Shown piece after piece: positions 50,561 to 64,000 of a stretch of 64,000 nt of DNA. The DNA comes from Chrysomallon squamiferum. Its lineage: Eukaryota > Animalia > Mollusca. The stretch lies in the NCBI GenBank assembly GCA_012295275.1, contig CM022672.1, positions 930,001 through 994,000 on the forward strand, given 5' to 3'. Position 1 is the stretch's first letter; every line of letters begins with the position of its first letter. Position numbers and translations under genes: made by a program. The notes below the pieces were generated by a model, which ran no database searches, was not told where the DNA came from, and saw only the letters and a list, made by a program, of their open reading frames with translations.

Positions 50561-52334
50561 ACAAATTCTCACAGTAACACAACAGGGACCCTATTTATTT
50601 CAATGAATTTTACAACAGACTCCATGCTTTTGAAAAGTCTGTCTGCTGATAACAAATATTCACAGACACATCAATAGTACAATACTACCTGAAGAAATCA
50701 TCTTTGCATGTTTTGGTTAATCCAGTTGTCATTTATGCATTTCTAACTTACAGCAAGTTATTTTGACTTGCTAGTATAATTTGGTGTTCGTATCTTTGTT
50801 TGTCTTTCTTTCCTTCTCTTTTTTTTTTTTTTTTTTATTTGTTATTTTTGCCACAACATAGAAAGCAGGGTTCTACTTTGTTCTGTAATTATGTGTTGAT
50901 ACTGAAGCTGTCAATTATACTGCATGTGATGCTGTTAGTTGTGATATTCGTTATTATAATGCTGATCTGTTTGCTTCCATATATTAATATGTGCACCACT
51001 GATACAAAACATACTCTAAAAAATATAATCAGTGATCATAAACAGAAAACAAAAATGTTAAACATATCCAGTTTTATTTCAAACTTGTTTTCAGTTTATA
51101 CATTTGTTATGATATCTCTGACCAGTAATAACAATATCAATAAAATGAATATAAAATTTGTCATTTCTCTTTCAAACAAATACCATTTATGAAAAGAAGA
51201 AAAAAAATTAGAATTGATAAAACAGTTGCATATTATTCAAAAATATGTATGTATTATATTCATATGTGTGTTACTATTGTTATTATTATTATAACTATTT
51301 TGGCAATAATGTCTGAGAAATAAATTAAAATGACCAACAACTTTAAAATGGAAAAAATTTCTTTCCTTATTTTATTTAAATTTATTGGATGAAACAATGA
51401 TAATTTATTTATTTCTCTTTGGCAGAACAACTTGTACCTGAATTAAAGACTATAAAACTGATATTGCTGTAACCATGTAACACACAATGAAGTTTCACTC
51501 AACACTGTATGAAAAAAAAAAAATTTAGCAAATCTGTAGTCATGACAAATTTTAATATTCCTTGAAATCACAATGATAAACAAAACAACTTAAAAAAATA
51601 ATAATGCAGTTTTAAAGGAATGTATTTGCTAATCAGAAAAAACGTGTAAATATTCAACAGTTTTCAAACTTGAAAAAACAAAAAACAACAGTATCACAAT
51701 GTGTTTTAAAATAAATGTATACACAGAAAAAATAAATAAATAAATATACTGGTACTGTTGGGTAAAGCAAATTATTTAGATTCTCTGTTTCCTTAATCTG
51801 CAATATTTGAGAAAAAAAACACAAAATGAAATAACAAAAATGTGCTAAAATTCAGTCACTCCAAAGATATTAATACTAGTAAATAAATATCAACATTGTT
51901 TGTAGTCAACTGTAATACTCGATGATCTAACCTTAACTTTTGTTACATGTGCATGTATAATTATATATTTAATGTTTGGCACTAATGAAAAGTTATGTAT
52001 TTCACAATTGAAATAATTATATTTAAGCACCCTACGACCATTTCAGGCCATTACTGCATTGTAAACTACATCACAGACAAATGCCAATACATATGTTATT
52101 GAAACATGAATTATGTTCACTAATGATTTGAAGGAGGAATGCATATTTTTTTACTGCATACTAACAGAAAAATCAGACAAAGATACTTTTGGAATGTTAA
52201 ATGATAAATAAAAAATATATTTTCAATTAATAAATGTTTTTTTATAGATTTTATTATTATTATTAAATTTACTAAATGAAATTTCTGATAATTGCATTAA
52301 TTATATTTATTACTTTCTTACTGAATAATACAGG

Positions 52335-53155
52335 TAAATTTTTTACCAATGAATAGGATAGATTTTTGTTTTTTATTGTTATATTATGCAATGATATGTA
52401 GTGAGATTTTAGAGGCTTGATCAAGGTAAAGAGACAAATGCTGTACCATTTATTTAATTAGTTTGTTTTCAAGAAATGAGTGGTTACTTATTAGCTTTAA
52501 AAATAATGGTAGCAAGTTTTGTTTCAGAATGTTCAGTGAAATTACATTATTTTTAGAAAATATTTGTGCTTTTGCAATCTTAGTTTACATATAATTTTAA
52601 AGTTATTTTAAAATGCTTTTCTTTTTAAAACAGCATCTGCATATTTGTGAAATTTTGTTTTTGTTTCCATTTTCTCCAAAGAAAAAAAAAACATTGCAGC
52701 CTAAATAAATGTTCAAAAACAGAAAGAAAATTTAATGGATAGAAAGTCAACACACAAGTGAGATTGAGGAATATGTGAGAAAATGAGTATCCCCAAATAT
52801 TTGCATCTTTTTTCCAAAAGGTAATATATAGTACAAAAAACATTGTGGTGTGGTTATCTCATAAGCCAAAATTCTATTAGGTTGCATAATGCTCTGAAGC
52901 AATTCCACAAACCAGGACATTCATAAATCAATCTACGAGTTAAGCAATCTATGACAGGGTGCCTGAGTTACTTTAATGGTTGATATCATTGGCAAATATA
53001 AGACTATTTCTTTTTTGTTTATTTTAAACTTATTTTTTCTTCAAAGCATGATGAAAAACATAGAGAAGATTGGAGAGGGTGTATTCGGAGAATGGAATGG
53101 TCAGCCTGTAGCCATCAAGGTAGGAATCAGTGACTGATGAGAAATTTAAAGTGAA
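52335..53155 (+). pseudogene. Inverted partial haspin duplicate, segment A (introns plus remnants of coding exons 2, 4 and 5)
   Basis: Reverse complement of parent 44240-43770, 42165-41940 and 41430-41245, with deletions. Contains MMKNIEKIGEGVFGE, broken by a deletion before GQPVAIK|gtagga. Confidence 0.9.
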
Positions 53156-53964
53156 ATTTTATTAAATATTTTAATCAGAGATGAAATAATAACCTCAGAT
53201 TTACAGGCTAATTATAGTTCAAATTATGTATAAAAGATAAAAACAAATTCAGTAATGTAAATGATTATAAAATCCTATTCTGAATATAGTGGAAATAAAA
53301 AAAGTATATATTAAAATAAAACAAAATTCAAAAAGAGCCATTAGAATAATAATAATTCACTGGAATTTTATTAACTCTATACAATATTAATTTTGCTGCA
53401 TTTGGAAAATAAATAAATAGAAACCAACCAAAACCACCAAGTAAACTAAAATCCAATTATATTCTACTTGGCCTGTACAGTTTTAATACATATAAAACTA
53501 AAAACTATTTTACAAGCTAATAAACTGCTTAGTTAACTTTCACAACATGACTAGCATTATAACATGTTTTTGATATATTGCTCCATTCACACCAACAGTA
53601 TTAAATACCTTCACCATGACTATGCATTAACAGGTGTTCAATATACAAATGTTAACAAAAATTGTAATTAAATTTTCATCCATGAATATCAATGTACATA
53701 TTAAGCTGAACCACAAAAAAGCCTCATTAAGTCAATGTTTGTGCATTTTTAATTGTTTCATGTTTAAAAAAAACAAATAATAATAATAAAATAAATAAAA
53801 CTTTTAAAAATTATTTTTATAATCCACTACTTTTATTAAGCATAACAGAAAATGTAAACTTTGTGTAATACAGGGTGGTCCACAAAAAGTGGTGCAGTTT
53901 TAAAGACTTATTTTCCAGAGAAATTCATATTTTATTTCTATCCTGTTGTGTTGTTTTTTTTGTG

Positions 53965-54290
53965 TTTTTTTTGTTTACAGTTCAACAGCCCATTCCAAGC
54001 CAAGTGTGTCTTACAAGTGTGCATGTCACTTGCTGTTGCTGAGGAAAGTCTCGAGTTTGAACACAGAGATTTGCATGTAGGAAATGTGTTAGTGAGAGAG
54101 GTGAATCGACAGCAGGTTACATGCACAAGATGATGGCCTGTTTGAGGGATCAGGTGATTATCAGTTTGATCCTTAACAGGAAGACGAAGACGAAAATAAG
54201 TAAGTGTATAAGTCTGTTTATCCATGCAGACTGAACAGGGAGCAGGTTGTGATAGACAGTTACGGAGTATGTGTGAGTATCATAAGACTG
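53965..54290 (+). pseudogene. Inverted partial haspin duplicate, segment B (exon 10/11 fusion)
   Basis: ttacag|FNSPFQAKCVLQVCMSLAVAEESLEFEHRDLHVGNVLVREV, jumping at ~54123 into exon 11 sequence (caagatgatggcctgtttgagggatcagg). Confidence 0.9.
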
Positions 54291-54547
54291 TAACAGACAG
54301 TGAAGTTTCACTCAACACTGTATGAAACAAAAATATCTAGCAAATCTGTAGTCATGTCAAATGTTAATATTCTTTGAAATCACAATAATAAACCAAAAAA
54401 TTGAAATATAATAATCGAGTTTTACACAGATAAAATAAAAAATAATTATACTGGTACTGTTGGGTAAAACAAATTATTTAGATTCTCTGTTTCCTTAATC
54501 TGCAAATTTTTATTGTTGTTTGTTTTTACTTAATCAGTGAGATGTGC

Positions 54548-55335
54548 AAAAATCAGAAAATGACAGACCAGGTAAGAAATATTCAAATATTAATTTATAT
54601 AAACTTTAATAACAAATTGTTACTTTTTTCTTTTTTCTTTCTCTCATTAGATTTTTATACAGAGGATCAGTTATTCATGGTATTTGAGTTTACAGACAGT
54701 GGTTGTGATCTTCAGTCATTCCAGGTCTTACAGCGAATGTGCATGTCACTTGCTGTTGCTGAGGAAAGTCTCGAGTTTGAACACAGAGATTTACACATAG
54801 GAAATGTGTTAGTGAGAGAGGTTGATCGACAGCAGGTTACATGCAGACTGAACGGGCAGCAGGTTGCGATAGACTGTCATGGAGTCGTTGTGAGTATCAT
54901 AGACTTCACACTCTCCAGACTGAGGAAAGGTTGGTTTTGAATCTTGTATTAGTCCTAGTAAATTAATTTTATTATCGTTGTCATTATTTCTCTCAGATTT
55001 TTAATATACTATTATTATTATTATTTTTTATTTTTTGTATCTTATTTTAAATTATGTATAATGTACAATGCACCAAGTGAAACAAAAAGTGATTGACTAA
55101 ATTTCTGTAAAAGTGATTATCTAGTTATTTTCTCAGATGGATGCACAGTGTTTTGCGATTTAGCACAAGATGATGGCCTGTTTGAGGAATCAGTTTGATC
55201 CTTAACAGGAAGAAAATAAGTAAGTGTATAAAGAAAGAGTATTTTTTCATCTCTTGGTTTGTTTATCCATGCAGACTGAACGGGGAGCAGGTTGTGATAG
55301 ACAGTTACAGAGTATGTGTGAGTATCATAAGACTG
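54548..55335 (+). pseudogene. Inverted partial haspin duplicate, segment C (exons 8-11 with introns)
   Basis: SENDRP|gtaag, intron, DFYTEDQLFMVFEF..FQ fused in frame to VLQRMCMSLAVAEESLEFEHRDLHIGN..IIDFTLSRLRK|gttggt, shortened intron, then a deleted exon 11. Confidence 0.9.
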
Positions 55336-58093
55336 TAACACACAGTGAAGTTTCAGTCAACACTGTATGAAACAAAAATATTTAGCAAATCTGTAGTCAC
55401 TTCAGATGTTAATATTCCTTGAAATCACAATGATAAACCAAAATATTAAAATATATTAATCGAGTTTTACACAGAAAAAATAATTATACTGGTACTGTTG
55501 GGTAGATTCTCTATTTCTGTAACCTGCATTATTTGAGAAAAAAAAGAAACCAAAATGTGCTAAAATTCAGTAACTCCAAAGATATATAATACTAGTAAAT
55601 AAGCATCAACATTGTTTATAGTCAACTAATATTCAATGATCTAATCTTAACTTTTGTTACATGTGCATGTATAATTATATATTTAAAAAGAGCCATTGGA
55701 ATAATAATAATTCACTGGGATTGTATTAAATCAATACAATTTAAATGTTGCTGCATTTGAAAAAAAAATAAATAGAAGCCAACCAAAACCACCAAGTAAA
55801 CTAAAATCCAATTATATTCTATTTGACCTGTACAGTTTTAATACATATAAAACTAAAAACTATTTTACATCCTAATAAACTGCTTAGTTAATTTTCACAA
55901 CATGACTAGCATTATAACATGTTTTTGATATATTGCTCCATTCATGCTAACAGTATCAAATGCCTTCACCATGACTATGCATTAACAGGTATTCAATATA
56001 CAAATGTTAACAAAAATTGTAATTAAATTTTAATCCATGAATATCAATGTACATATTAAGTTCAACCACAAAAAATCCTCATCAAATCATCGTATGTGTA
56101 TTGTTTGTGCATTTTTAATAGTTTCATGTTTAAAAAATAATAATAATAAAATAAATAAGAACTTTAAAAATTATTTTTATAATTGCAGTACCTGTAAGTT
56201 ATTTTGATGTTTAAAGCTGAGTTTTTAAAAACAAGGGATTTCCCTGTGAAACTGAAAAACCATTAACCATGGAAGAAAATCATGCAAAAATTATATTTGT
56301 GCATTTTAATGTTTGTTTGTGATCTTTATTTATCTATAAAAAAAAGGACAGTTAGATGTAGTTATTATTATTATATTTTTTTATTTATTCTGTTAAAGAT
56401 GATAAATTTATAAACTTAAATTACTGTCCAAGTTTGAATGTCCATATTAAAAAAAAAAAAAAAAATAAAAGCAGATCAAGCACCAAGTGAGATCCATGAA
56501 GTAAAACAAATTATAATAAAATATAATTTTTAAATTGTTTATGTGAATTTAGTTACACCCATAAACTTGAATGTCACTTCATATAGCCTTTACAAATATT
56601 CTGCTGCTCTGTGGGGTTTTGGAGGTTTATTTGTACACCAGATTTTTAATGTTTAAAACCAATAGCTGTCCTGTTCCAAAATAACTAAACCCACTTTCTC
56701 TAAACAATAAACTTAATTTTTATTTCCATATTTTTTTTCACTTAAATGATGTACACAAGTTGGCAAGAAATTCACACTTCTTACATTTTGTTCAGAGAGG
56801 CACTGTGGTGGCTGATGATTAACTCATTAAAGACAATTTAAAAACAGTAATAGAATTTAAAATAAACAGTTCATTTATTATTTCTTTTTAAATCAAAACT
56901 AATTATCTGTCAATGGTTTCAAAAATATATGTATTAAATAATAAGTATTAAAAGAAGATATCATTAAAACTGAAATATAAAAACTGAGGCAAAGAAAAAT
57001 GTAATTTAAATGTGGTTCATTCTCTGGTAATGTAAGTTGTAATTAAAGTATTAAAATCTTTCAACAACAAAGAATAAACTGCATCAAAAAGTATATTTTT
57101 AAAAGAATATACTTGTAAAAGGATTTTGCAAATAAAGAATGATATTAATTCTCATTCAGTAAAAAAGAAAAAGCTTCACTTAATGTATTTTGTGCCATTT
57201 CAAATAATGGGATTAATATACTCAATTATTACATTATTACAAGAGTTTTAATTTTTGGCATAAATTAACCTTACTATGTCTTAATACTCCTATGTAAATA
57301 GGTATTTTTAAATTGTAAACAAATAATTATCTACAGCTGTAAAATATTTTCATAATTGGATCATTAAAAAAATTATAATGGAAATTAATTTTTCAAGCAG
57401 TCAAGATTGCAAGTTAAATATTTATATTGGAATGTGAAATTTATCAACTTAAAACTAATAATTAAATATTATAATCCATATATCTGTACAACATAAAATG
57501 TTGAAACAATAAAACATCAAAAAAAATAATAACAAATGCTTATGTATCATCAGTAATATAATACAAATACTGAGATAACAGTAATAAAATTAATGTGCGT
57601 TCATGTTTAGCATTGATTGATCTCAAATATCTTTATTTTTAATCATTCTGCATTAATTACAACCAAAACAAAATCATATATCATTAAAAATTAAATTACA
57701 TCAGTGATCATTTTGCAAACATCAGACTTAATTTTTTTTTTTATCAGATCATTATACATCTGTTTCTTTTATTATTTTCAACAAAGAAACAAAACAATTA
57801 ACTGGCAACAGTCTAAATTTAACAGAAGTCACCCATGTCTTCAGATAAAAGACACAAAGAAATTTAAAATGATTCTGTTTATATATATATTAGATATAAA
57901 AAAAACCACATTAACCACTGAAAACTACAACAAATTTTTTTTTAGTTTACATTTGTTTACTGAGGCTAACATTTATTTATTTTAAACAGAAGATATCTAT
58001 ATTTAAGTTAAAAAAACCTGTCTGAACATGGAAAAATAATCAATAAATGCATTCATTTGACAGTTAAAAATATATATTTAATATGGGAACAGA

Positions 58094-61000
58094 TCACCTT
58101 AATTTTCCAAGTTCGGCTTTCCTGAATATTTCTAAAGCTGTAAAACATAAAGAGTCTATGATACCAGCTACTGTGAATGTTCCTCCAATGATAGCACAAA
58201 CCTACAACAAAACAAAAATCCTACTTAAATATTGTTTCTTTCATTTTTGTTTTGTTTAAGACTATAATAAAAGTGTAATTTCATTTTATTTTATTATGTA
58301 TATATATGGAGAAAAAGTAGTCTTTAAAAATTTTGTGTCTGAGTTTGTTTGGTTTGTATGTAAAAAAAACAAAAAACATACAGTTGTTAGGAATGTGTAG
58401 AATGGCTTTCTCTTTTCTTTGTAGCGTACAGTTATGGGACTCATATCGTAGCGGAACCATATAGCAGGGACATGATGTTGCACCACTTCCTGTAAGAGAG
58501 CAACACATTAGCAAATATTCATACACATTAGCTGTGTTATGTCACAGAATTAAAACCAGGTTTATTTTACCTATACACAAGAAAGAGTTCTAAAGATATT
58601 TCCATGGTTACCGTAACAACCATCTGAATCAGTCATTATCAATTGTTACTCAAACATGCTTTGAAAACTCTAAACAACATGCATCCATTTATTAGAAACA
58701 TAAAAATAACAAGACAATAAACAATAACATCAAATATATATTAAATATAATCAAATATTACAAATGTTAATAAATATTTATATCAGTTATGCTGTAAAAT
58801 GTGCCCACTGTATGTTCTCAGTAACACCATTGTAAGGGATTGATTTCCATCCACTTTACTATTGTGGAAGCTTTGGGTTTATAGAGAAAACAGTAACTTG
58901 GGCAAATGGATATATATATATATATGTTACTGTCAATGTGTCAAACCAGACATTTGGCCAAATGGCTGAAAATGAGTACCCTCAATTTGACAAAGTACCT
59001 GATAGGGAATTTTGAATTCAGTCAATATGTCAAGTATTGTGCTTGTTTCAAAAATAATGTTTTGTGTAATAGCAGATGTCACATAGTGTAAATAGTTTAA
59101 ATAAATGAAGTATGTATTATGTGTCACCAATGCATTATATTGGTAAATTTGTTGTTACATGTATTTGATTATTCAATACAGATGAAACATAGTTTAGATA
59201 TTAGAAAACACCCAAGAAATTTGGCCAAATGACTAGCAGTTAGAGGCATTTGACCAAATGACTGGTTTGACACACTGACTGTAACATATATATTTACATA
59301 TTAACCATTTGTGTTTCCATATTTATTTTTCACTGAAGCCCTGAATTATTTTTCTCTGGAGAACTCCAGTTATGATTTACTACAATTAGTAGTCAAGTTA
59401 AATTCACTCAAACTGTGAACACTTAATTCAGTAATATTCCTGAATGAGAATTTATCTGTTATTTCAATTTAAAAAAAAAAAAAAAAAAAAAACCATTAAA
59501 TATAATTTTACCCGATATGAGTAGGTGTACTGATATGGAAATCTGGGAGTTGCACCCAGACCTTCGTAGACAGTTGGAACAATGCGAATAATGTAATCAT
59601 GTGTTGATGCATCTGAAATAAAAATGTGAAACAACTGTTTTTATAATGCAGAATTTGGATCTGAACTATAAAAAGTAACAAACAAAAATCTAATAAATAA
59701 ATAAGTAAATAAATAATTAAATAAATAAATAAAATGATTTATATTACATGTATGGATTAATTTAAATCAAAGTTTTTGATAATATTTACTAAATACTGTG
59801 TGGTTGAATCATTAATAAAAATCAAGAACATTATACAGTATATAATAATGCTTTTACTTGGTTTAAATTTAATTTAGACTTTTGAAATAACCATTTCATA
59901 GCTTTTTTGGAACAGGTTTAACAACCAGTTTATAAGGTAAGTATCTAAATAAGATTAAAAAACATGAAAATTTAATTTTTATAACTGGCTTTAACATCAA
60001 CGTGTTAACATAATTAACATTAAACATTTAACTGCGGTTAATGTACTCTTCACTAGCTGCATACGTAAAAATTACCTTTTGCATCACGTTTATCAACATT
60101 TTCTAAAGCATTGAAAGATCCTTTAACATTCTGAAAAATATGTTTATAATAATAATTTGAGGCATACTGCGGATTTTTTAATAATAGTTGTTTTTTTAAA
60201 ACAACAACAACAAATATTTTGTTAAAATATTATTATTATTATTTCTATGAATTTCTAGTTTATGTAACAAAAAAAACAAAACAATGTTCACTTTATCATA
60301 AAGCATTATTTCCCGTTTTCTAGTTGTTATAAATTATCTCCCCTAAACCATATTTATATAACTGCATATAAAAGTATGTCTTATTGATTAACATTTCATC
60401 CCTATTTTCAGAAATATAACAGTAATGACAAAATATTTTATAGTAAATTATGTAAATACTTTTCCTGGCTGTATCTCCATCCCAAATCTCAGCTTATGAA
60501 TGAAGTGGGTCATATCTGGTCTATCTGGCTGAACTTCAGCAGCATGAGTTGAAACATGAAAATTACCTGGAACCTAACACAATGAGAACATAAATAATGG
60601 TATAAAAGTTTGACAACAATCCAAATATCTATTCCAAAAACTGAAATAACACTGACGCATTAATAGATGTATTTTCAAAATAATGTAATATATGAAAAGG
60701 AAAACTTACAGCTAAAAAAACTAAAAAATTATATTACCAAATTATTGAAATGATACATATATATTGGTATATGTATTTACATACATAAATCAGTTTAAAA
60801 AAATATTAATCATAACACATTAGCATATAAAACGTTTGTATGCAAATAAATGCATGCACATAAACAACAGGGAAAAACGACTTAACATGTAAGAAACATC
60901 ATGTAAACTCTAGATTCATTCATTATTTTCACTATGGACAGAATCAGTTACAATGAATTACAAACAATAATCATGGTGACCCCATAAAGTAGCTAGAAGA

Positions 61001-63988
61001 TGTTGATGGCTTTGAAATGTAAATTTTTGTCCACATATATATATATACTTTGTTAATGAGGAAAAAAGATTCAAAACGACAGCCTTCACCGGCAGCACCA
61101 ATTGGAAATTTCTGTGTGTTGTCACGGAAACCAACTTCATGTCTTCCCATGTCATCTTGAATATCCAATCCAATATCTACAAGTAAAATTAAGTGTATTT
61201 AATTATTATTGCATTTTTATAAACTGATTTACTGCCCAACAAGCAACTTTTACAAAAGTATTACTTTCATGTTTGTTTTTTAAATACATAATACATTTAC
61301 TATGAATGAATAAAAAATATTTTCAGACGTGTGAGTGTCTGCACACAAATTTTCAAAGGGAATGGCCAAAACCACAATAATGTTTTCTGGGGTTTTTTAA
61401 TCTCAGTTCATTATAAAGGTTTCATAAAAATTTTAAAAACATATACTTGGAATGAGTATTTTAATATTATCAAAAGATTCAAAAATGAATTTTTTTTAAA
61501 ACTGATACAATAAAAAAAATATGCTATGATTGTTTTTCTAATAGTTAATGACAAATAAGCTTTTAGAACAGGAAAATACTTTGTCTGGATAGGAAAGATT
61601 CTCAATGAGTGCACCAAGAAATACTGATACTTAATATGTTACTATGAGATACATATATCTGATGTGTAAGCGTCTACTCTGAACAGACAGCAGAAACATA
61701 ATTGCACAGTGTGTAATATCAGTACACCAAGTCCCGTATACAAAAATGCTTGTAACCTTTAATGCATCTTTATTTTAATTTCAATTTTTATTTATAAAAA
61801 TGTCTGTAGCTTTGACTCATGTTTTTAAATGAGTCATTTCCTGAAGACAGTATTTTTTTTTTTTATAAAGTACAAGCATTTAACCAGATAGTTAAAAACA
61901 AAACATACATTGACATTCCATTTTCGGAAGACTGATATTCAAGAAGACAGGTATCTTTTCTGAGTGTCTAACAGGATCTTCAACAGTCAGCTCACTGTCC
62001 CTGCAACCATAAATATAAACATATTAATTACCTGCTGATTAAATAATTATCCTTTTAACAAATATTATTGTTTCTTTATTTGTTTTATTTTTTAATTTTT
62101 ATTTATTTAGAGAAGATATTTTATATGACATTTTAATGATGTTGTTAAACTGAAATATGCATATTGTTTTATATATCCCAAAACCAAAATACATTATACA
62201 GAGTAATTTTTAAAAGTTGATATTTTTATAATTTTTCACTGTATCATCTAAACCTTAAAACACTATCTAAAATTATTCTGATCTTAAGTATCCAGCTGTG
62301 CAATTTGAATACCAGGTACTGTTTTGTTTTTTGAACAATGACTTTTTATAACAAACAGCAACTCTTTCATACATAATCCTTAGTTTATGCAATTTCTGCA
62401 TGCTATACCAGTTCAATGTAATGATTCTAATAGATAAAATGTTTACTTACACATCAACTCTTATATAGTACAGAAGTTCTGAACAGAACAAAAAGACAAT
62501 GAAAAGGATGCTCGATATTGATATTAATGCCCCAGTTGAAGTTGGCTGTGTCAGATCCTTTGGAATTTTCCGATAAATGTCAAGCCTAAAAAAAGTGATT
62601 TGTAAAAGAAAAGAAAAGAAATAAATAAATAAAGCTACAGTTAAATTAAAACATTTTTTGATCATATGTAATTATATTTGTTATGTATTACTTACTAAGT
62701 ACATCTATGCACACACATCTAATTAAATGATAATTATGAATAAATTCAGAAAACCCATCAATCATTCAAATGATTGTTATGTGTTGATTTAAATAATCAT
62801 AACATGTGTTGCCATCATTTTCTGTTTATGATTGTTATAAAGACTAAATCTTACAAATAAGGTTTCATTAAAAACCAGCTCTCTTACCAGATTGTTATTT
62901 CAATGAATAATTCTAAGTAACATGATGCAGTACTTGGCATGTTTCTCTTCAAGGTATTATGTGTTACTGTTTTTCATTAAAATTATTAGATAATAATTAA
63001 TTATGAAGTTGATGATATTGTTCTTTAGGCCCATCCAGAGTTAACAGCAGTATTCACAATATTTTGCTACATGTTTTTGTTTTACCACTAGTGCAGATAT
63101 AAAAAGTTCATATTAAAAACTGTATAATCCCACTTCTGCTTGTCATATGAACCCAAGTATATACTAAAATATTTCTTGTAACCAGTAAATAAATAAGGGA
63201 TATCACAAATTTATTTTTAGAAAAGTAAAAAGCGATGTATTGTCCAAAAATGTATTGGTTCTGCCCTCTAATGATATTTTGTAAAGTGTTAATACTTGAA
63301 AAATTGTTTGATACGACAAGTCTCTCAAGTAGGATTATACAGAGAAAACAAACAAAACAAAACAAAACAATAAATAAGTTAATAAAATAAATAATAAAAT
63401 ATTTTAATTTTTTTTTAAATTTAATTAAATTAAATTAAAATGTAGAAAAAAGTGCAATAAAATCTCTGCAATCAAGGTTAGACCTAAAGTCCAAGATTAC
63501 CCAAAAATATGAGCAGAAATGAATCAAAACCAATATTGGCAACAGTTTCCTTGATGTGAGTTAAAATATCAACAAATAAATAATCTAAAGAATTAAAATT
63601 TTGACATTCCGGCAAAATAAAACATTTACTCATCATTAAATCAAAATATAAATGGTTGTATTTTTTTTTTTTTTTTTTTTGTTATTTATTTATTTATTTA
63701 TTATCTGATTCCGAAATTATCTAAATCAACATTATGATTATTATATTACGATCTTTTCTTTTATTTACTTGCAACAGACTAAAAAGAGTCAACCCGTAGT
63801 TCCTATTTACCTATATATCACACAAACTGTTTGTATGGAGGTAATGTAATAAAACGACATTAAAAGTATTTTTACTGTCGATTCTGTCACACTATCTTAG
63901 TAATAAATAATATCTATTAATAGCGTTAAAAAGGAAACTTTTCTCGATTTTTTCATTATTATACCAACCTTCTTAAATCGAACTGCAT
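58094..63988 (-). CDS. ERGIC1: ER-Golgi intermediate compartment protein 1 (ERGIC-32), about 286 aa
   Basis: Exons 63988-63969, 62585-62451, 62000-61909, 61176-61049, 60573-60460, 60130-60076, 59612-59512, 58489-58382, 58201-58094 (861 nt). MQFDLRRLDIYRKIPKDLTQPT, GLDIQDDMGRHEVG, INKVPGNFHVSTH, PAIWFRYDMSPITV, CAIIGGTFTVAGIIDS, ELGKLR*. Confidence 0.95.
58925..59286. mobile_element. MITE in an ERGIC1 intron
   Basis: About 40-bp TIRs TGTTACTGTCAATGTGTCAAACCAGACATTTGGCCAAATG and CATTTGACCAAATGACTGGTTTGACACACTGACTGTAACA, embedded in (TA)n. Confidence 0.75.
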
Positions 63989-64000
63989 GTTGAATGTATT

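Larger units (their letters stand above)
51470..56185 (+). repeat. Mosaic of local direct duplications interleaved with haspin fragments
   Basis: Block tgaagtttcactcaacactgtatgaaa..gcaaatctgtagtca at ~51488, 54301 and 55346. Block 53330-53820 is repeated at 55688-56180. Confidence 0.88.

Noticed and set aside
53868-53930. TACAGGGTGGTCCA mariner-like terminus
   Set aside because: Only one end is visible and it is too short to call an element.
54542-54940. 132-aa ORF as a second functional haspin or a processed retrocopy
   Set aside because: It lacks the N-lobe and last exon, its N-terminal part is intron read-through, introns are retained, and the fusion is not at the exon boundary.

Overview
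AT-rich, microsatellite-dense animal DNA with spliceosomal introns. Gene content suggests a mollusc or other lophotrochozoan, but the species cannot be determined from sequence. From left to right: (1) a Tc1 transposase remnant; (2) a tandem array of intronless orphan rhodopsin-class GPCRs on + (three near-identical copies in 5-6 kb duplication units, one divergent copy, one pseudogene); (3) on -, a bacterial-type M4 metalloprotease (vibriolysin/pseudolysin-like) with a GT-AG intron inside its signal peptide, disabled by two TAG stops and a 1-nt insertion; (4) on -, a type I membrane receptor of at least 15 exons with 7 SRCR domains, a mucin stalk and a YFNPVY tail motif; (5) on -, an intact 12-coding-exon haspin kinase with a CCAAT/NRF1/CHR-like promoter that may be bidirectional; (6) a decayed DNA transposon whose transposase remnant begins with an ARL14EP-N-terminus-like Cys/His domain; (7) scrambled, inverted partial haspin copies joined at microhomologies; (8) on -, an intact 9-coding-exon ERGIC1. 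All gene models were assembled by hand from splice sites and reading frame. Family assignments rest on recalled motifs, not database searches. No rRNA, tRNA or CRISPR array was seen.
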